A DNA stretch of 63,728 nucleotides, the filler included. It is 8 parts of 8 records of this genome, joined end to end, with 100 filler letters (N's around TTAATTAATTAA, not from the genome) between each part and the next. Parts side by side here need not be neighbours in the genome. Positions count along the whole stretch, not along the records: positions 50,651 to 56,223 come from SRR31147125_28504; positions 56,324 to 63,728 come from SRR31147125_28515; 6 more parts are not named here. One strand, given 5' to 3'. How positions within the stretch are numbered: position 1 is the stretch's first letter; each line of letters starts with the position of its first letter. Below, in pieces: positions 51,788 to 62,657 of the stretch. Below the pieces are notes generated by a model. That model made no database searches. It was not told the origin of the DNA and saw only the letters and a list, made by a program, of their open reading frames with translations. A program made the translations under genes and the position numbers.

Positions 51788-52171
51788 GATTTGGTCTGGT
51801 AATCGGCAATAGTTTGATGTCCCAAACCATTTATTTCTGTTCCTTGCAATAATATCGTAAATGAAATCTCTAAAGTTTTTCGGGAATATTTTTAGAATGA
51901 GAAATATTTTCCAGAATCCTCCTAATTGGTAAAGAGCAAATAATATAGCCGATGATTTAGTGCATGTTTTGCCCTTATAGAATAAAACAACACTATTGGA
52001 GTTTTGAATATTAATGGAGGGAGAAAATTTTTTTGCTTCAGGCGAATTTTGAGAAACAAAGGCAAATCTGTTGTGCCGGTCTCTCTTTACAATGAACTGA
52101 ATACTCCAGTTGCAGAGCGCACATTCACCATCATAAAAAATAAGTGCTTTATGTTTTTGTTCCACTGCCAT
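51776..52171 (-). CDS. DCC-family thiol-disulfide oxidoreductase
   Basis: FYDGECALC, RDFIYDIIARNRNKWFG. Confidence 0.88.
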   Translation of the reverse strand: MAVEQKHKALIFYDGECALCNWSIQFIVKRDRHNRFAFVSQNSPEAKKFSPSINIQNSNSVVLFYKGKTCTKSSAILFALYQLGGFWKIFLILKIFPKNFRDFIYDIIARNRNKWFGTSNYCRLPDQISNF

Positions 52172-52203
52172 TATAAAATGGAACAAAACGAATTGTAATA
52201 AGT

Positions 52204-52710
52204 TTATTTTTTGTAAGCTTTCGTTATCTCTCCGATATAAAATCGGTGAAAATCACTATTGGGGTAATTTTTATCAATAAGCGATTTTTCAATAAAACTA
52301 TCTGGCTTAAGATTGTCAGCGTATAGTTTTCTACATTCGAGAATCATGTCGGCTTGTTCAAATGCGATGCTGTTTTCTGTTTTAATTGGTATTAAACCTG
52401 TCTCTTTTGCTTTATCAACATTTTTTCCTGAGTGAGCACCACAATACGAGAGAATTTTTTTGTATTCGTTTGAAAAAAAGCTAAGTGTAAAATGGTCAAA
52501 TTCTTCAACAAATTTATATGTGTATCGTTGAGGACGAATGTAGCATGTAGCCACATTTAAATTCCAAAGTACTCCAAGGCCGCCCCAACTGGCAGTCATC
52601 GTATTATAGTTGTCAATACTGCCGGCAGTAATAAGCATCCATTCTTTGCCTATTTTTTCAAAAGGATTTATAGCCGATTCATTAAGGTTTAATTCTTTAA
52701 ATTGATTCAT
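52204..52710 (-). CDS. Flavin reductase family protein
   Basis: WMLITAG, NTMTASWG, RPQRYT, HRFYIGEI. Confidence 0.88.
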   Translation of the reverse strand: MNQFKELNLNESAINPFEKIGKEWMLITAGSIDNYNTMTASWGGLGVLWNLNVATCYIRPQRYTYKFVEEFDHFTLSFFSNEYKKILSYCGAHSGKNVDKAKETGLIPIKTENSIAFEQADMILECRKLYADNLKPDSFIEKSLIDKNYPNSDFHRFYIGEITKAYKK

Positions 52711-52853
52711 GGCGATGAAATTTTTCTGTCTAACAACATTAAATAAAGTAACATATCGACCTAAATAAATTTTTATATATTAGCCGCCTGTAAATATAGT
52801 GTTAAATTGAGTTTAAGCTATTAGCAATTTTTAACACACAACTTTGGTAGTGG

Positions 52854-53810
52854 ATGTACGAAGCGCTATTGCATTTAGATGAATTACGTTTAAACTTTTC
52901 GCCAGAAAGCCTTTTTGTTCTTAACCTAACCCTTGCATTTATTATGTTTGGAGTAGCACTTGAAATTAAAATTGAGCATTTCAAACAAATTTTATATAAA
53001 CCAAAATCAGCAGTAATTGGTTTTGTATCACAGTTTTTTGTATTGCCATTAATTACTTTTTTAGTAATTGTTGCATTTAATAAAGCAATAACACCAACAG
53101 TGGCTCTGGGAATGTTATTGGTAGCATCTTGCCCAGGGGGCAATATATCTAATTTTATTTCATCATTAGCAAAAGGAAATACTGCGCTTTCGGTAAGTTT
53201 AACAGCATTGGCAACCCTATCAGCATTATTATTAACACCATTTAATTTTGCTTTTTGGGGAGGATTATACACAAATTTTATTAGTCACATTGATGCAAAC
53301 TCACTTCTTAGGCCATTGGAGATAGACCCTATAGAAATGTTCAAGGCTGTTTTTATTCTTCTTGGTATTCCATTGGTATTCGGGATGTTTGTAAATCATA
53401 AATTCCCGGATTTCACGTCTAAAATTGTTAAGCCATTAAAAAATTTATCGATTATTATTTTTATGGTAATCGTTGTTCTCGCTTTTAAGAGAAATTACGA
53501 TTTCTTCATACAACACATAAAATATATTTTTATAATTGTGTTTGTTCACAATGCAATCGCACTGTCTACCGGCTTTAGTTTTGCATCAATATTTAATTTG
53601 AAAAAGGTTGATAGAAGAACAATTTCTATTGAAACAGGCATACAAAATTCTGGCCTTGGGCTTGTTCTGATTTTTAACCCAAATATTTTTCCTGTAAGTT
53701 TAGAAGTTGGAGGAATGGCTTTTATAGCTGCCTGGTGGGGTATTTGGCACATACTGGCAGGACTGGGAATTGCTGCAATTTGGTCGAAAATTAAAATTAC
53801 TTCCTCATAA
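52854..53810 (+). CDS. Bile acid:sodium symporter (BASS) family transporter
   Basis: CPGGNISN, GNTALSVSLT, IETGIQNSGL. Confidence 0.92.
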   Translation: MYEALLHLDELRLNFSPESLFVLNLTLAFIMFGVALEIKIEHFKQILYKPKSAVIGFVSQFFVLPLITFLVIVAFNKAITPTVALGMLLVASCPGGNISNFISSLAKGNTALSVSLTALATLSALLLTPFNFAFWGGLYTNFISHIDANSLLRPLEIDPIEMFKAVFILLGIPLVFGMFVNHKFPDFTSKIVKPLKNLSIIIFMVIVVLAFKRNYDFFIQHIKYIFIIVFVHNAIALSTGFSFASIFNLKKVDRRTISIETGIQNSGLGLVLIFNPNIFPVSLEVGGMAFIAAWWGIWHILAGLGIAAIWSKIKITSS

Positions 53811-53843
53811 TTTCTATATTTATTTTTTTGAAACGAATTAAAA

Positions 53844-55205
53844 ATGGCGAAAAAGAGAATTGATGAATGGTCTCTCGGATATCAAATTATCAAAATAATT
53901 TGTGGTATCGGGTTTAAAAATTTTTACAAAAGAACCGAGGCTGTTCACCAAGACAGGGTAAAGATGGATAGGCCTGTTTTGTTGGCACCGAACCATCAAA
54001 ATGCATTAATGGATGCGCTTAGCGTGTTGTTTAACATTCCGTTGCAACCAATTTTTTTGGCACGATCCGATATTTTTAAAGGGGATTTGGTTATTAAAAT
54101 TTTAACGTACATAAAGATTCTACCCGTATATCGTATTAGAGATGGTGTTGAGAAACTTAAGAAAAATGAAGAGATATTTCAGTTGACGTTAGAAATCCTG
54201 AAAAATAAGCAAAATCCTTTATGTATTATGCCAGAGGGTAATCATGGTGACAAGAGAAGGTTGCGCAACCTGGTAAAAGGTATCTTCCGCATTGCATTTA
54301 TGGCACAAAAAGATTTTGGCACAAAACCGGGGGTAAGGATAATTCCTGTTGGCCTTGATTATGGTGATTATCAAAAATTTGGTCAAAACCTTTTTGTTAA
54401 TTATGGTGAGCCTATTGAAGTGTGTGAATACTACGAGGAATTTGAAAAGAATGAACCTGTTGCGATAAATAAATTAAAGGACAGGCTTGCCGAAGAAATG
54501 AAAAAGCAGATGATACATATTGAGAGCGAAGAATATTATGATTCTTTCATGATATTACGAACTCTTTATAATGAAAATATGTGTGCCCATCTAAACATAA
54601 AAGGTAAATCGTTGTACGATAAGTTTAAGGCCGATAAGGAAATGATACGGATCTTAGACGAAGAAGCAAAGGAGGAAGAAAAAGAATCAATACATAATAA
54701 TGTTTTCAAGTACATTGAAATACTTAAGAAATTTAATTTTAGAGATTGGGTATTCAAAAAGCCGAAATATAAGTTTTTGGAAATTCTTGGGAGTTGTATG
54801 CTGTTAATTATTGGATTTCCATTTTATCTATTTGGATTGATAAACAATTATATACCCTACAAGTTTCCAACACGATTTACGAAAAACATTAAAGATCCTC
54901 AGTTTCATAGTTCGTTTAAATATGCTATTGGTGTTTTTAGTTTCATCGTTTATTATTTAATAATTCTTGTTCTGGTATTAATTTTTATTGAGCCATGGTG
55001 GCTAAAACTTGCTTACCTTGTTTTAGTTAAACCATCAGGGAAATTTGCATATAAGTATTACATTTTTGCTAAAAAGTTAAATGCAAAAATTAGATATAAT
55101 AAAGCTTTAAGAAAGAATAATAAAGATATAATTGGAATGTTTGAGTTAAGAAACAATATTATTTCAATAATAGATAAGTTAGTTCTTAACAATTTGAAAA
55201 AATAA
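53844..55205 (+). CDS. PlsC-like glycerolipid acyltransferase with a C-terminal TM extension
   Basis: NHQNALMD (HxxxxD), PVYRIRD, MPEG. Confidence 0.88.
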   Translation: MAKKRIDEWSLGYQIIKIICGIGFKNFYKRTEAVHQDRVKMDRPVLLAPNHQNALMDALSVLFNIPLQPIFLARSDIFKGDLVIKILTYIKILPVYRIRDGVEKLKKNEEIFQLTLEILKNKQNPLCIMPEGNHGDKRRLRNLVKGIFRIAFMAQKDFGTKPGVRIIPVGLDYGDYQKFGQNLFVNYGEPIEVCEYYEEFEKNEPVAINKLKDRLAEEMKKQMIHIESEEYYDSFMILRTLYNENMCAHLNIKGKSLYDKFKADKEMIRILDEEAKEEEKESIHNNVFKYIEILKKFNFRDWVFKKPKYKFLEILGSCMLLIIGFPFYLFGLINNYIPYKFPTRFTKNIKDPQFHSSFKYAIGVFSFIVYYLIILVLVLIFIEPWWLKLAYLVLVKPSGKFAYKYYIFAKKLNAKIRYNKALRKNNKDIIGMFELRNNIISIIDKLVLNNLKK

Positions 55206-55209
55206 TCTT

Positions 55210-56013
55210 ATGGAATACTTCCAACAAAAGAAAGTTTGGATTACCGGTGCTTCATCTGGAATAGGTGAATATATGGCGTATGAGTTTGCAAAGAATGGCT
55301 CGGAATTAATCTTATCTTCAAGACGTTCGGATGAGCTGGAACGTGTTAAAGAAAAATGTGTTTCACTCAACAGTTCTGTTAACATATCAATTTATCTGCT
55401 AGATTTAGCAAAACATGAAGAACTTCAGGAGGTGGCAAAAAAGGTTCTTCAAGATCATCCTAAAATAGATTTTTTGATTAACAATGGAGGGATTAGTCAG
55501 CGTTCAATAACAGCAGAGACTGATGTTTCAATAGACAGGAAATTAATGGATATAAATTATTTTGGCACGGTAATTCTTACAAAAGCTGTTTTGTCATCTA
55601 TGCTGAGCAATGGTGGAGGGCATATTGCAGCAGTAAGCAGTATTGTTGGGAAATTTGGTTTCCCGCTACGTTCTGCGTATTCAGCTTCGAAACATGCTTT
55701 GCATGGCTTTTTTGAATCGCTATATGCAGAAGAAGCTGCAAATAATATCAAAGTTTCCATGATAATCCCCGGTAGGATAAAAACGAATATCTCGATGAAT
55801 GCCATTTCTAAAGATGGTGTTGCCCATGGTAAGATGGATGAGGGACAAGATCAGGGAATGTCGCCTGATGTTTGTGCGAGAAAAATCCTTATTGGGTTGA
55901 GCAAAAATAAACGGGAAATTTTAGTGGGGAAAAAAGAATTATTAATGGTGCATATTAGAAGATTTTTTCCCAGGTTGTATTACAAAATGGCCCAAAAGGT
56001 TAGTGCGACTTAA
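55210..56013 (+). CDS. Short-chain dehydrogenase/reductase
   Basis: TGASSGIG, NNGG, YSASK. Confidence 0.93.
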   Translation: MEYFQQKKVWITGASSGIGEYMAYEFAKNGSELILSSRRSDELERVKEKCVSLNSSVNISIYLLDLAKHEELQEVAKKVLQDHPKIDFLINNGGISQRSITAETDVSIDRKLMDINYFGTVILTKAVLSSMLSNGGGHIAAVSSIVGKFGFPLRSAYSASKHALHGFFESLYAEEAANNIKVSMIIPGRIKTNISMNAISKDGVAHGKMDEGQDQGMSPDVCARKILIGLSKNKREILVGKKELLMVHIRRFFPRLYYKMAQKVSAT

Positions 56014-56019
56014 CTTTCG

Positions 56020-56223
56020 TTAATAGGATGCATTTCCTTCAAGAATTTCTGAGCCTTCAATGAAAATAAGTTTACCTTCATTAGTAATGTGGGCACTGCA
56101 TAAATAAGTTGCATTGGTTTCTGTCCAACCGTTGAGATCTACTTTTATGTTTGCTGTAAAAGTAAGGAAGGACATTTTTACATGACACCTTAGTATCTTA
56201 CCATTTTCTTTGATTTCTATACC
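56020..56223 (-). CDS. Hypothetical protein, 3' fragment
   Basis: Open frame of 68 codons from the contig edge to TAA, convergent with the SDR gene. Confidence 0.5.
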   Translation of the reverse strand, partial: GIEIKENGKILRCHVKMSFLTFTANIKVDLNGWTETNATYLCSAHITNEGKLIFIEGSEILEGNASY

Positions 56224-56323
56224 NNNNNNNNNNNNNNNNNNNNNNNNNNNNNNNNNNNNNNNNNNNNTTAATTAATTAANNNNNNNNNNNNNNNNNNNNN
56301 NNNNNNNNNNNNNNNNNNNNNNN
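56224..56323. other. Artificial contig linker
   Basis: N44-TTAATTAATTAA-N44. Confidence 0.99.
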
Positions 56324-56521
56324 AAGTTATTAAAAACCGATTCCTTATCATCTTCAACCTGTTATCATATTTGAAGGAAGGACGATTTTTTTTGAAGAGG
56401 GCGGGGCTTGGTTAAATCGAGTGCACATATATGGAAAACCGGCAAACAAAAAACAAAATCCTGTTGAATTTTGACAAGTTGCAATTTATAAAAAACAGTA
56501 CTGTTGCACTAAACTGTTGCA

Positions 56522-57598
56522 CTAAAAAACAATTAGCGGTTTGATCATATTATCCTCTTTGCTCCCCATCATCTCAAATGCTTTGTCAAGTTCGTGGAAT
56601 TTAAATTTATGGGTTGTCAGCTTTGTCGGATCGATCCTTTTCATCTCAATCAGTTTCAATAATCGTTCCATTCTATCCCTTCCACCGGGACTGAACACAC
56701 TGCGAATCGTAAGGGCCTTCATTTTTATACTGCGAGGCGTATTGAGGACGTCAATTGTGGGACCGTCGCTGTGAATCCCCAAATTGACAATATTTCCACC
56801 GGAGCGGGTAACGCGAACACAGGAATCCAAAGCCATTTGCGATCCAATCGCTTCCAATGACGCGTCCACGCCGATACCGTTGGTAATATCCAGGATCTCT
56901 TCATCCGGATCGACTTCCGTAAAATTGAGGGTGATATCGGCACCGAAAAATTTTGAGAGTTCCAGTCTGTCAGGCCGCTTATCCACGGCAATGATGGTTG
57001 CCGCCCCTAAAAGACGGGCGGCGGCAGTGGCCATCAGTCCCACCGGACCTTGAGCAAAGATAGCGACGCTACCGCCGATGGGGATTTGGGCCTCTTCAAT
57101 CCCTTTAAAGCCGATTGACATCATATCCGTGGTATAGCATGCCGCCTCATCTGAAACCGAATCGGGAATAAGGGCTGCATTGGTATCCGCATCATTCACA
57201 TGAAAATAGTCTGCAAAGCTTCCGTCTTTTGTGTGAGACATTTTCCAGCCGCCCATCAATCCATTGCATTGCGACGTGTGTCCTCTTTGACAAGTATGGC
57301 AACGAAAACATGGCGTGCTTGCATTGACAGCCACCCGCTGCCCCTTTTTCAGCGTGCCGACGGCGGTTCCTACTTCATGGACGATTCCCACGGCCTCATG
57401 GCCCAATGTGAGATTCGTCAATGGTCCCAATGTCCCGGCCACTAAATGGCAATCCGTAGTGCAGACCAATGCAGCTGTGGTTTTTATAATCGCATCATTG
57501 GGGCCCGGCACCGGGATCGGTTTTTCCATAAATCCCGTTCCACCGAGTCCAAACATCACAAAGGCCTTCATCGTTTGGATGTTCGTATTTGCACTCAC
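56522..57598 (-). CDS. Zinc-dependent alcohol dehydrogenase (secondary-ADH-like)
   Basis: VCTTD, GHEAVG, CxxCxxC...C structural zinc site, TDMM, QGPVGL. Confidence 0.9.
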   Translation of the reverse strand: MSANTNIQTMKAFVMFGLGGTGFMEKPIPVPGPNDAIIKTTAALVCTTDCHLVAGTLGPLTNLTLGHEAVGIVHEVGTAVGTLKKGQRVAVNASTPCFRCHTCQRGHTSQCNGLMGGWKMSHTKDGSFADYFHVNDADTNAALIPDSVSDEAACYTTDMMSIGFKGIEEAQIPIGGSVAIFAQGPVGLMATAAARLLGAATIIAVDKRPDRLELSKFFGADITLNFTEVDPDEEILDITNGIGVDASLEAIGSQMALDSCVRVTRSGGNIVNLGIHSDGPTIDVLNTPRSIKMKALTIRSVFSPGGRDRMERLLKLIEMKRIDPTKLTTHKFKFHELDKAFEMMGSKEDNMIKPLIVF

Positions 57599-57614
57599 TC
57601 AGATTGACTCCGCT

Positions 57615-58295
57615 CTAATGAATATTAATTATTCCTAATTTGGCCGCGTATTTTACCAGATCAACGAGGCTGTCCATTTCTAATTTTTCCATTATCTTTG
57701 TCCGGTGGTTTTCCACGGTTTTGGGGCTAATGAATAACTTGGCACCAATTTCCTTGGATGAAAGTCCCTTGGCCACAAGCCTCATGACCTCCTGCTCCCG
57801 GCGGGTCAACCGGTCATAGCGTCCCTCCGACAGCGAAGGACGTTTATCTTTTTGCTCCAATATGAATTGAACAATCTCGTCCAGAGCCTGGGAATCAAAG
57901 AAGTAACTTCCCTGAATAACGGTGTCCAATGCACTCAGCAGCTTTTCCGGTGTGGTGTCTTTCAGAAGATATCCGCAAGCGCCGGCCTGAATGGCGGCAA
58001 TGATATAATCCATCTTGGAATGCATACTGATCACGACGACCTTCACTCCGGGAAGTTGCTCTATAAGTAATCGCGTTCCCTCTATCCCATTGATATTGGG
58101 CATCGCAATATCCATCACCACCAGATCAGGCTTAAGTTCAAGTGCTTTTGCAAGTGCCTCTTCAATCATTCCGGCTTCCCCGACCACCTTGAATGACGGA
58201 CTCTGTTGAATCAAGCCTTTCAAGCCTTTCCGGAACAAGGTATGATCGTCCACCAGAAGAATCCTTTGAATCCGGTCTGAATCGTTCGTTTTCAT
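57615..58295 (-). CDS. NarL/LuxR-family response regulator
   Basis: LVDDH, MDIAMP, LTRREQEV, ISPKTVENHR. Start ATG 58295. Confidence 0.93.
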   Translation of the reverse strand: MKTNDSDRIQRILLVDDHTLFRKGLKGLIQQSPSFKVVGEAGMIEEALAKALELKPDLVVMDIAMPNINGIEGTRLLIEQLPGVKVVVISMHSKMDYIIAAIQAGACGYLLKDTTPEKLLSALDTVIQGSYFFDSQALDEIVQFILEQKDKRPSLSEGRYDRLTRREQEVMRLVAKGLSSKEIGAKLFISPKTVENHRTKIMEKLEMDSLVDLVKYAAKLGIINIH

Positions 58296-58299
58296 GATG

Positions 58300-59798
58300 C
58301 TATCTCCCATAATAAGGGATATCGAAAATAATGGTCGTGCCGACCTTTTCTTTGGATTCAATTTCCATTTGTCCGTTGAGTAACGCGACCCGCTCTTTCA
58401 TACTCCAGATCCCCATACACCCTTTTTCGTTTACCGTTTCCATCAACTTGTCCATATCAAATCCCATGCCGTTGTCTTCGATGCGAAGAATAATACTGGG
58501 ATAGGAATAGACCATCCGAATATTTGCCATCGTGGCCTGTGCATGTTTTGCCGTGTTATTCAGGCTTTCCTGTACGAGGCGGTAAAGCGCAATCTTAATA
58601 TCAAAATTTAAATCCAGAGAATCGATCCCCGCCGTCTTAAAATCAATCGTAACCCCATAAATCTGTGCAATATTTTTGCACAGATTGTGAATTGTTTTTG
58701 TTATGCCCAACGTTTCAAGACCGGTGGGATGAATATTAAAAACCATCTTACGAACATCCGCAAAAATGTTCTGCAGGGAATCGAGAAGCGTCGAAGTTTC
58801 CCGGTTGAATTTTTCATCCGGCAGCGCCTGTTTAAAAAACTCGACAACTGGATATTGAACGAATATAAATTTTGAGCCAGTTCATCGTGCAGATTCCGGG
58901 CGATACGGCTCCGTTCGACTTCCTGTGCCCTTATGAGTTTCTGAGACAGCTTTTGAATTCGATTTTCGGCTTTTTTCCGTGTCGATATATTTCGGATATA
59001 GCTGATGGTGCCCGGCACTTCATTTTTGGCATCGATAAAAAGTGAACTTGAAATTAATAAAGGGACAACCGATCCGTCTGGAATACGGGCCTCTATTTCA
59101 TAATTGGATGCCGGGGCATGCTCCAATATAATTTCAAACATATCGGCATCCTGATTGGGATAAATTGTCATAATATCGCTGATCAAACGGCCAAGCAGAT
59201 TTTGACGTTTTTCATGAAACAGTAATTCGGCCCCCCTGTTGACCAGAGAGACAACGCCTCTATCATTAGTAACTATGATGGCATCGATGCAGCTCTCAAG
59301 GATACTTTCCAGGTAGCCTTTTGAACCGATGAGATCCTTCATTTCGGTTACATCACGCACGATCCCCTCAATTGCCGTGGGTGAGCCGTTTCCGTCGCTC
59401 ATAACAACCCAACGATCATGCATCCATCGGACACTTCCATCATCGGCGATATATCGATATTCGATTTCGCTTCCTTTTGTTTGGTTTGATGAAGCGGAGT
59501 TAATCTTTTCTTTGAGTTTGAATCGATCTTCAGGCAGTATTTTTGCTATAACCGACTCAGTAGTGACGATATCCTTACAGGGGTGCCCAAACATTTTGAT
59601 AAAGGCAGGATTGGTATATACGTATTTATTTATGGAAAGATTGAGTGTATATATGCCGTCCGCCGTCCGATTAGTAAGGCTGTAAAATTTCTGTTTTGTT
59701 TCTTTGAGCGCTTCGTTCTTCTCTTTGTATCGCAGATATTCCCTTTCCAGGGCATCATATTTTTTTTGTAGGTCATTGTCGGATGTTTTTCGAACCAT
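58300..59798 (-). CDS. Cytoplasmic PAS-PAS HisKA_3 sensor kinase, split by a -1 frameshift at about 58830-58839
   Basis: Two PAS domains and ERSRIARNLHDE in ORF1; QESLNNTAKHA, EDNGMGF and GIWSMKER in ORF2. The -1 frame bridges them without a stop. Confidence 0.88.
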
Positions 59799-59816
59799 TG
59801 ATTCCCTTACAACATC

Positions 59817-61490
59817 TTACCGTGTTGTATCCCTTAAATAAAAATCATTATTAAAGATAACTTGACCCTCTTTGTCAACCCAGGCCGTTTGATATGTAAT
59901 GTACACAGGCAGCGGCGGTCGAATTCTCTGCACCCGTCTTCTCCCCCGCTTGATCAACGCTTTGACTCGCGCACTATCCCATTTTCCGTCTGCGTCATCG
60001 AGAAGAAAGAGCGCCAGCATCTCCGGCTCGGAAACCCTGATACACCCATGACTGAATGCTCGTCTATGTCTGGAAAACAGCCTTTTTCCCGGAGTATCGT
60101 GAAGGTAGATGGAATAACGATTGGGAAAAACAAATTTCACCCTGCCGAGTGCATTGCCCGGCCCCGGATCCTGGCGCAGCTTAAATCGTGACATCTCCGA
60201 GAAGGTGATCTCACTCCAATCGACGGCAGTTGAATCCAGCTCGACGCCGCCTCTCTGCCAACTGGAAAACAGTCGAATATTGTTTTCAACAAGATAATTG
60301 GGGTTCTTCCTCAGTTCCGGCAGTTGTTCATTGACGGCAATACTAACGGGCACATTCCAATATGGATTGAACTCAAGATATTGGATGTTGCCGCTGAAAA
60401 CAGGTGTCGGATGTTTTAATGTTCCGACAATCACCGGCATGCCGAATGCCAGCTTACCCGCCTTGTAGGCATAAAGCGTAAAGTTGGCAATATTGACCAA
60501 AACGTATTTATCCCCCAACTCATGGTCACTCCAACGCCATCTTGCCATATTGACTCTGATCTGAGCCAACCGCTCATCCGGTGATCGATTCAACTCCCGA
60601 ATGGTTTTACGACCGATGATTCCATCCTGCTCCAGCCCATGCAGACGTTGAAAACGACGCACCTTTTCCAGAAGAGCATCGTCGAAAACGGCTGGATTCC
60701 CACGCTCGGAATCCTTCGAATTTTCAGGATTGTCCACATCCGCATCTTCCAGTATGGCAATCCTTTTTCTGATCTCAACGATTCTCTCATCCTCATCTCC
60801 GAGTCTGATGCTCTTTTTGCCGGCCAGCACCGGCCACTCTCCGCTGTACTTCAGGCTACGATAATGTGAAAGCGCTTTTTTCAATCCCCTGTATTGACGG
60901 TGCCGGGGAGGCAATGATTGAAAAAAATCATCCAAATCCTCCGTCGTCAAGATTCTTTCTACCACGGCCGGGGGATCGACGCCTCTATTTTCCGCCTCAG
61001 CATAAAATTCCGGGGTGACGCCATAAGACTTGAGCCGCCCGTAGCTGACATCATGGATATACTTCACCACGCCATAGGTCAAAAGCGTATCAAGTTGTGC
61101 CAATGATTCAAGAGTCGAGTCCGTCCACAACTCCCCCATCTTTTTCACCTGATACGCATCAGGATTCAGTCCCTCATTGACCGAGTCTTTCAAATATCTC
61201 AATATGATCTCTGCCTGCAGTCCAGGACCATCCTCGGAAACCCACAATGGTTCACCACCCAAATCACGGTAAATAGCCGCAAGGCATAGATCCTCTCTGA
61301 CGATAGAGGGATTTTGCTTCTTGAAGCTGAGACGTTCCATGGGATAGCACTTGAGATGATCCCCCATCACCCCGGCAACCGTGTTTCCAGCGGCACCGCT
61401 ATCAGCCGTCTGCATCCATAAACACAGCAACAGCAGAATCCTGGAAACTTCCATTACTTTCATCGTCACGGTCTGCCTCAGCATTGGCAT
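59817..61490 (-). CDS. L,D-transpeptidase (YcbB/LdtD-like) with a peptidoglycan-binding domain
   Basis: FQRLHGLEQDGIIG, FNPYWNVP, NALGRVKF, HDTP, SHGCIRV. Confidence 0.92.
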   Translation of the reverse strand: MPMLRQTVTMKVMEVSRILLLLCLWMQTADSGAAGNTVAGVMGDHLKCYPMERLSFKKQNPSIVREDLCLAAIYRDLGGEPLWVSEDGPGLQAEIILRYLKDSVNEGLNPDAYQVKKMGELWTDSTLESLAQLDTLLTYGVVKYIHDVSYGRLKSYGVTPEFYAEAENRGVDPPAVVERILTTEDLDDFFQSLPPRHRQYRGLKKALSHYRSLKYSGEWPVLAGKKSIRLGDEDERIVEIRKRIAILEDADVDNPENSKDSERGNPAVFDDALLEKVRRFQRLHGLEQDGIIGRKTIRELNRSPDERLAQIRVNMARWRWSDHELGDKYVLVNIANFTLYAYKAGKLAFGMPVIVGTLKHPTPVFSGNIQYLEFNPYWNVPVSIAVNEQLPELRKNPNYLVENNIRLFSSWQRGGVELDSTAVDWSEITFSEMSRFKLRQDPGPGNALGRVKFVFPNRYSIYLHDTPGKRLFSRHRRAFSHGCIRVSEPEMLALFLLDDADGKWDSARVKALIKRGRRRVQRIRPPLPVYITYQTAWVDKEGQVIFNNDFYLRDTTR

Positions 61491-61493
61491 TTT

Positions 61494-62443
61494 TTAGATT
61501 CCTCCCAATTTTGCACCACCGTTGGATTGCCCCACGGTCAATCTGAACTGCCGGGGAGGCATTCCAAAAAGAGATTTGAAATCTTTGAAAAATGAGGATA
61601 GCGCATCATACCCACAAGATAAGGCAATCCGTGTGATGGTCATGTCACTGCAATGGATATCGGAAAGTAGAATGGCGGCCCTGAAAATACGATAAAGTCT
61701 GAGGTACTCGAAAAGAGTCAGTCCCAGATCTTCCCTGAACCGTCTGGCAACGTGTCGCGGGGAATAATTAACGACGGATGCAACATCCGCCAAGGTCAAT
61801 TTTTTCTGAAAATGGGTTTCAATAAAGGCGGTAATTTTTTGATTGTCCGGCTGGGTAGGTACGGGAATCCGCGTGACCCAAGAGTGGTTTTGCATCTCGG
61901 ATTTCATCAACAGCAACCAGAGGGAGAAACAGTGACGCTGCACGGCATCCCCATAATTCTTCTCATTGTGATCTTCAGCACCGTTGATATTTTTATCATC
62001 ACCCCGCTCATCCGCATATTCGAAGGCAGTGCCGTTCAACGAAATCCGATCAAACAATGCCCGGCCCAAACGGCTCATATCAAAAATGATTATTTCATCT
62101 GTATCCGACTCCGGCTGAAAAATAAGCTTTTCCATATAGATCGATTTATAGGTGACGGGTTGACCCATGACAATGGATCTGTGGGGCCTGCCGGCTGGAA
62201 TAAATGCCGTCATATTGCTAAAGAGAGGCTGTTGCCGACCCGTCTCCACCAGCAGCGTAATCCCCGAACGAATCCGTAAAAACTGGTGACAGGAATGATA
62301 GTGCAGATCTTCGGTGGAGCATGACGCAAGTTCCCCTTCCAAGGAGAATACTCCGGTGGATGATTCTCCAAAAGAGGTTTCCGGGATAAAAAAATCAATG
62401 GCCGCTTGTGCAACTTTCGTTCTATTTATTTCCTTTTTTTCAT
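61494..62443 (-). CDS. AraC-family regulator; true start probably ATG 62443 with a frameshift in an A7 run
   Basis: Cupin motifs HYHSCHQ and PAGRPH, plus the C-terminal double HTH. The frame is open upstream of 62342, and one extra A gives MKKKEINRTKV. Confidence 0.8.
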
Positions 62444-62657
62444 CTACCTTTTCCTATCCCCACTTTTCAGAGCCAAATAATTTTTCAACAGCCCCCATCC
62501 CCGCCTCACTTTTCTCATCTCATTTTGTCCATATAGCATATAAATTTGTCTTTTGTCCGGATGAAAGAAAATACATTTCCATTATAGAATAAGTCGTCCC
62601 ATGGGAAATTACAAAATAAGAAACGATCACAATTGAAAAACCGGAAAGGAACAACCT

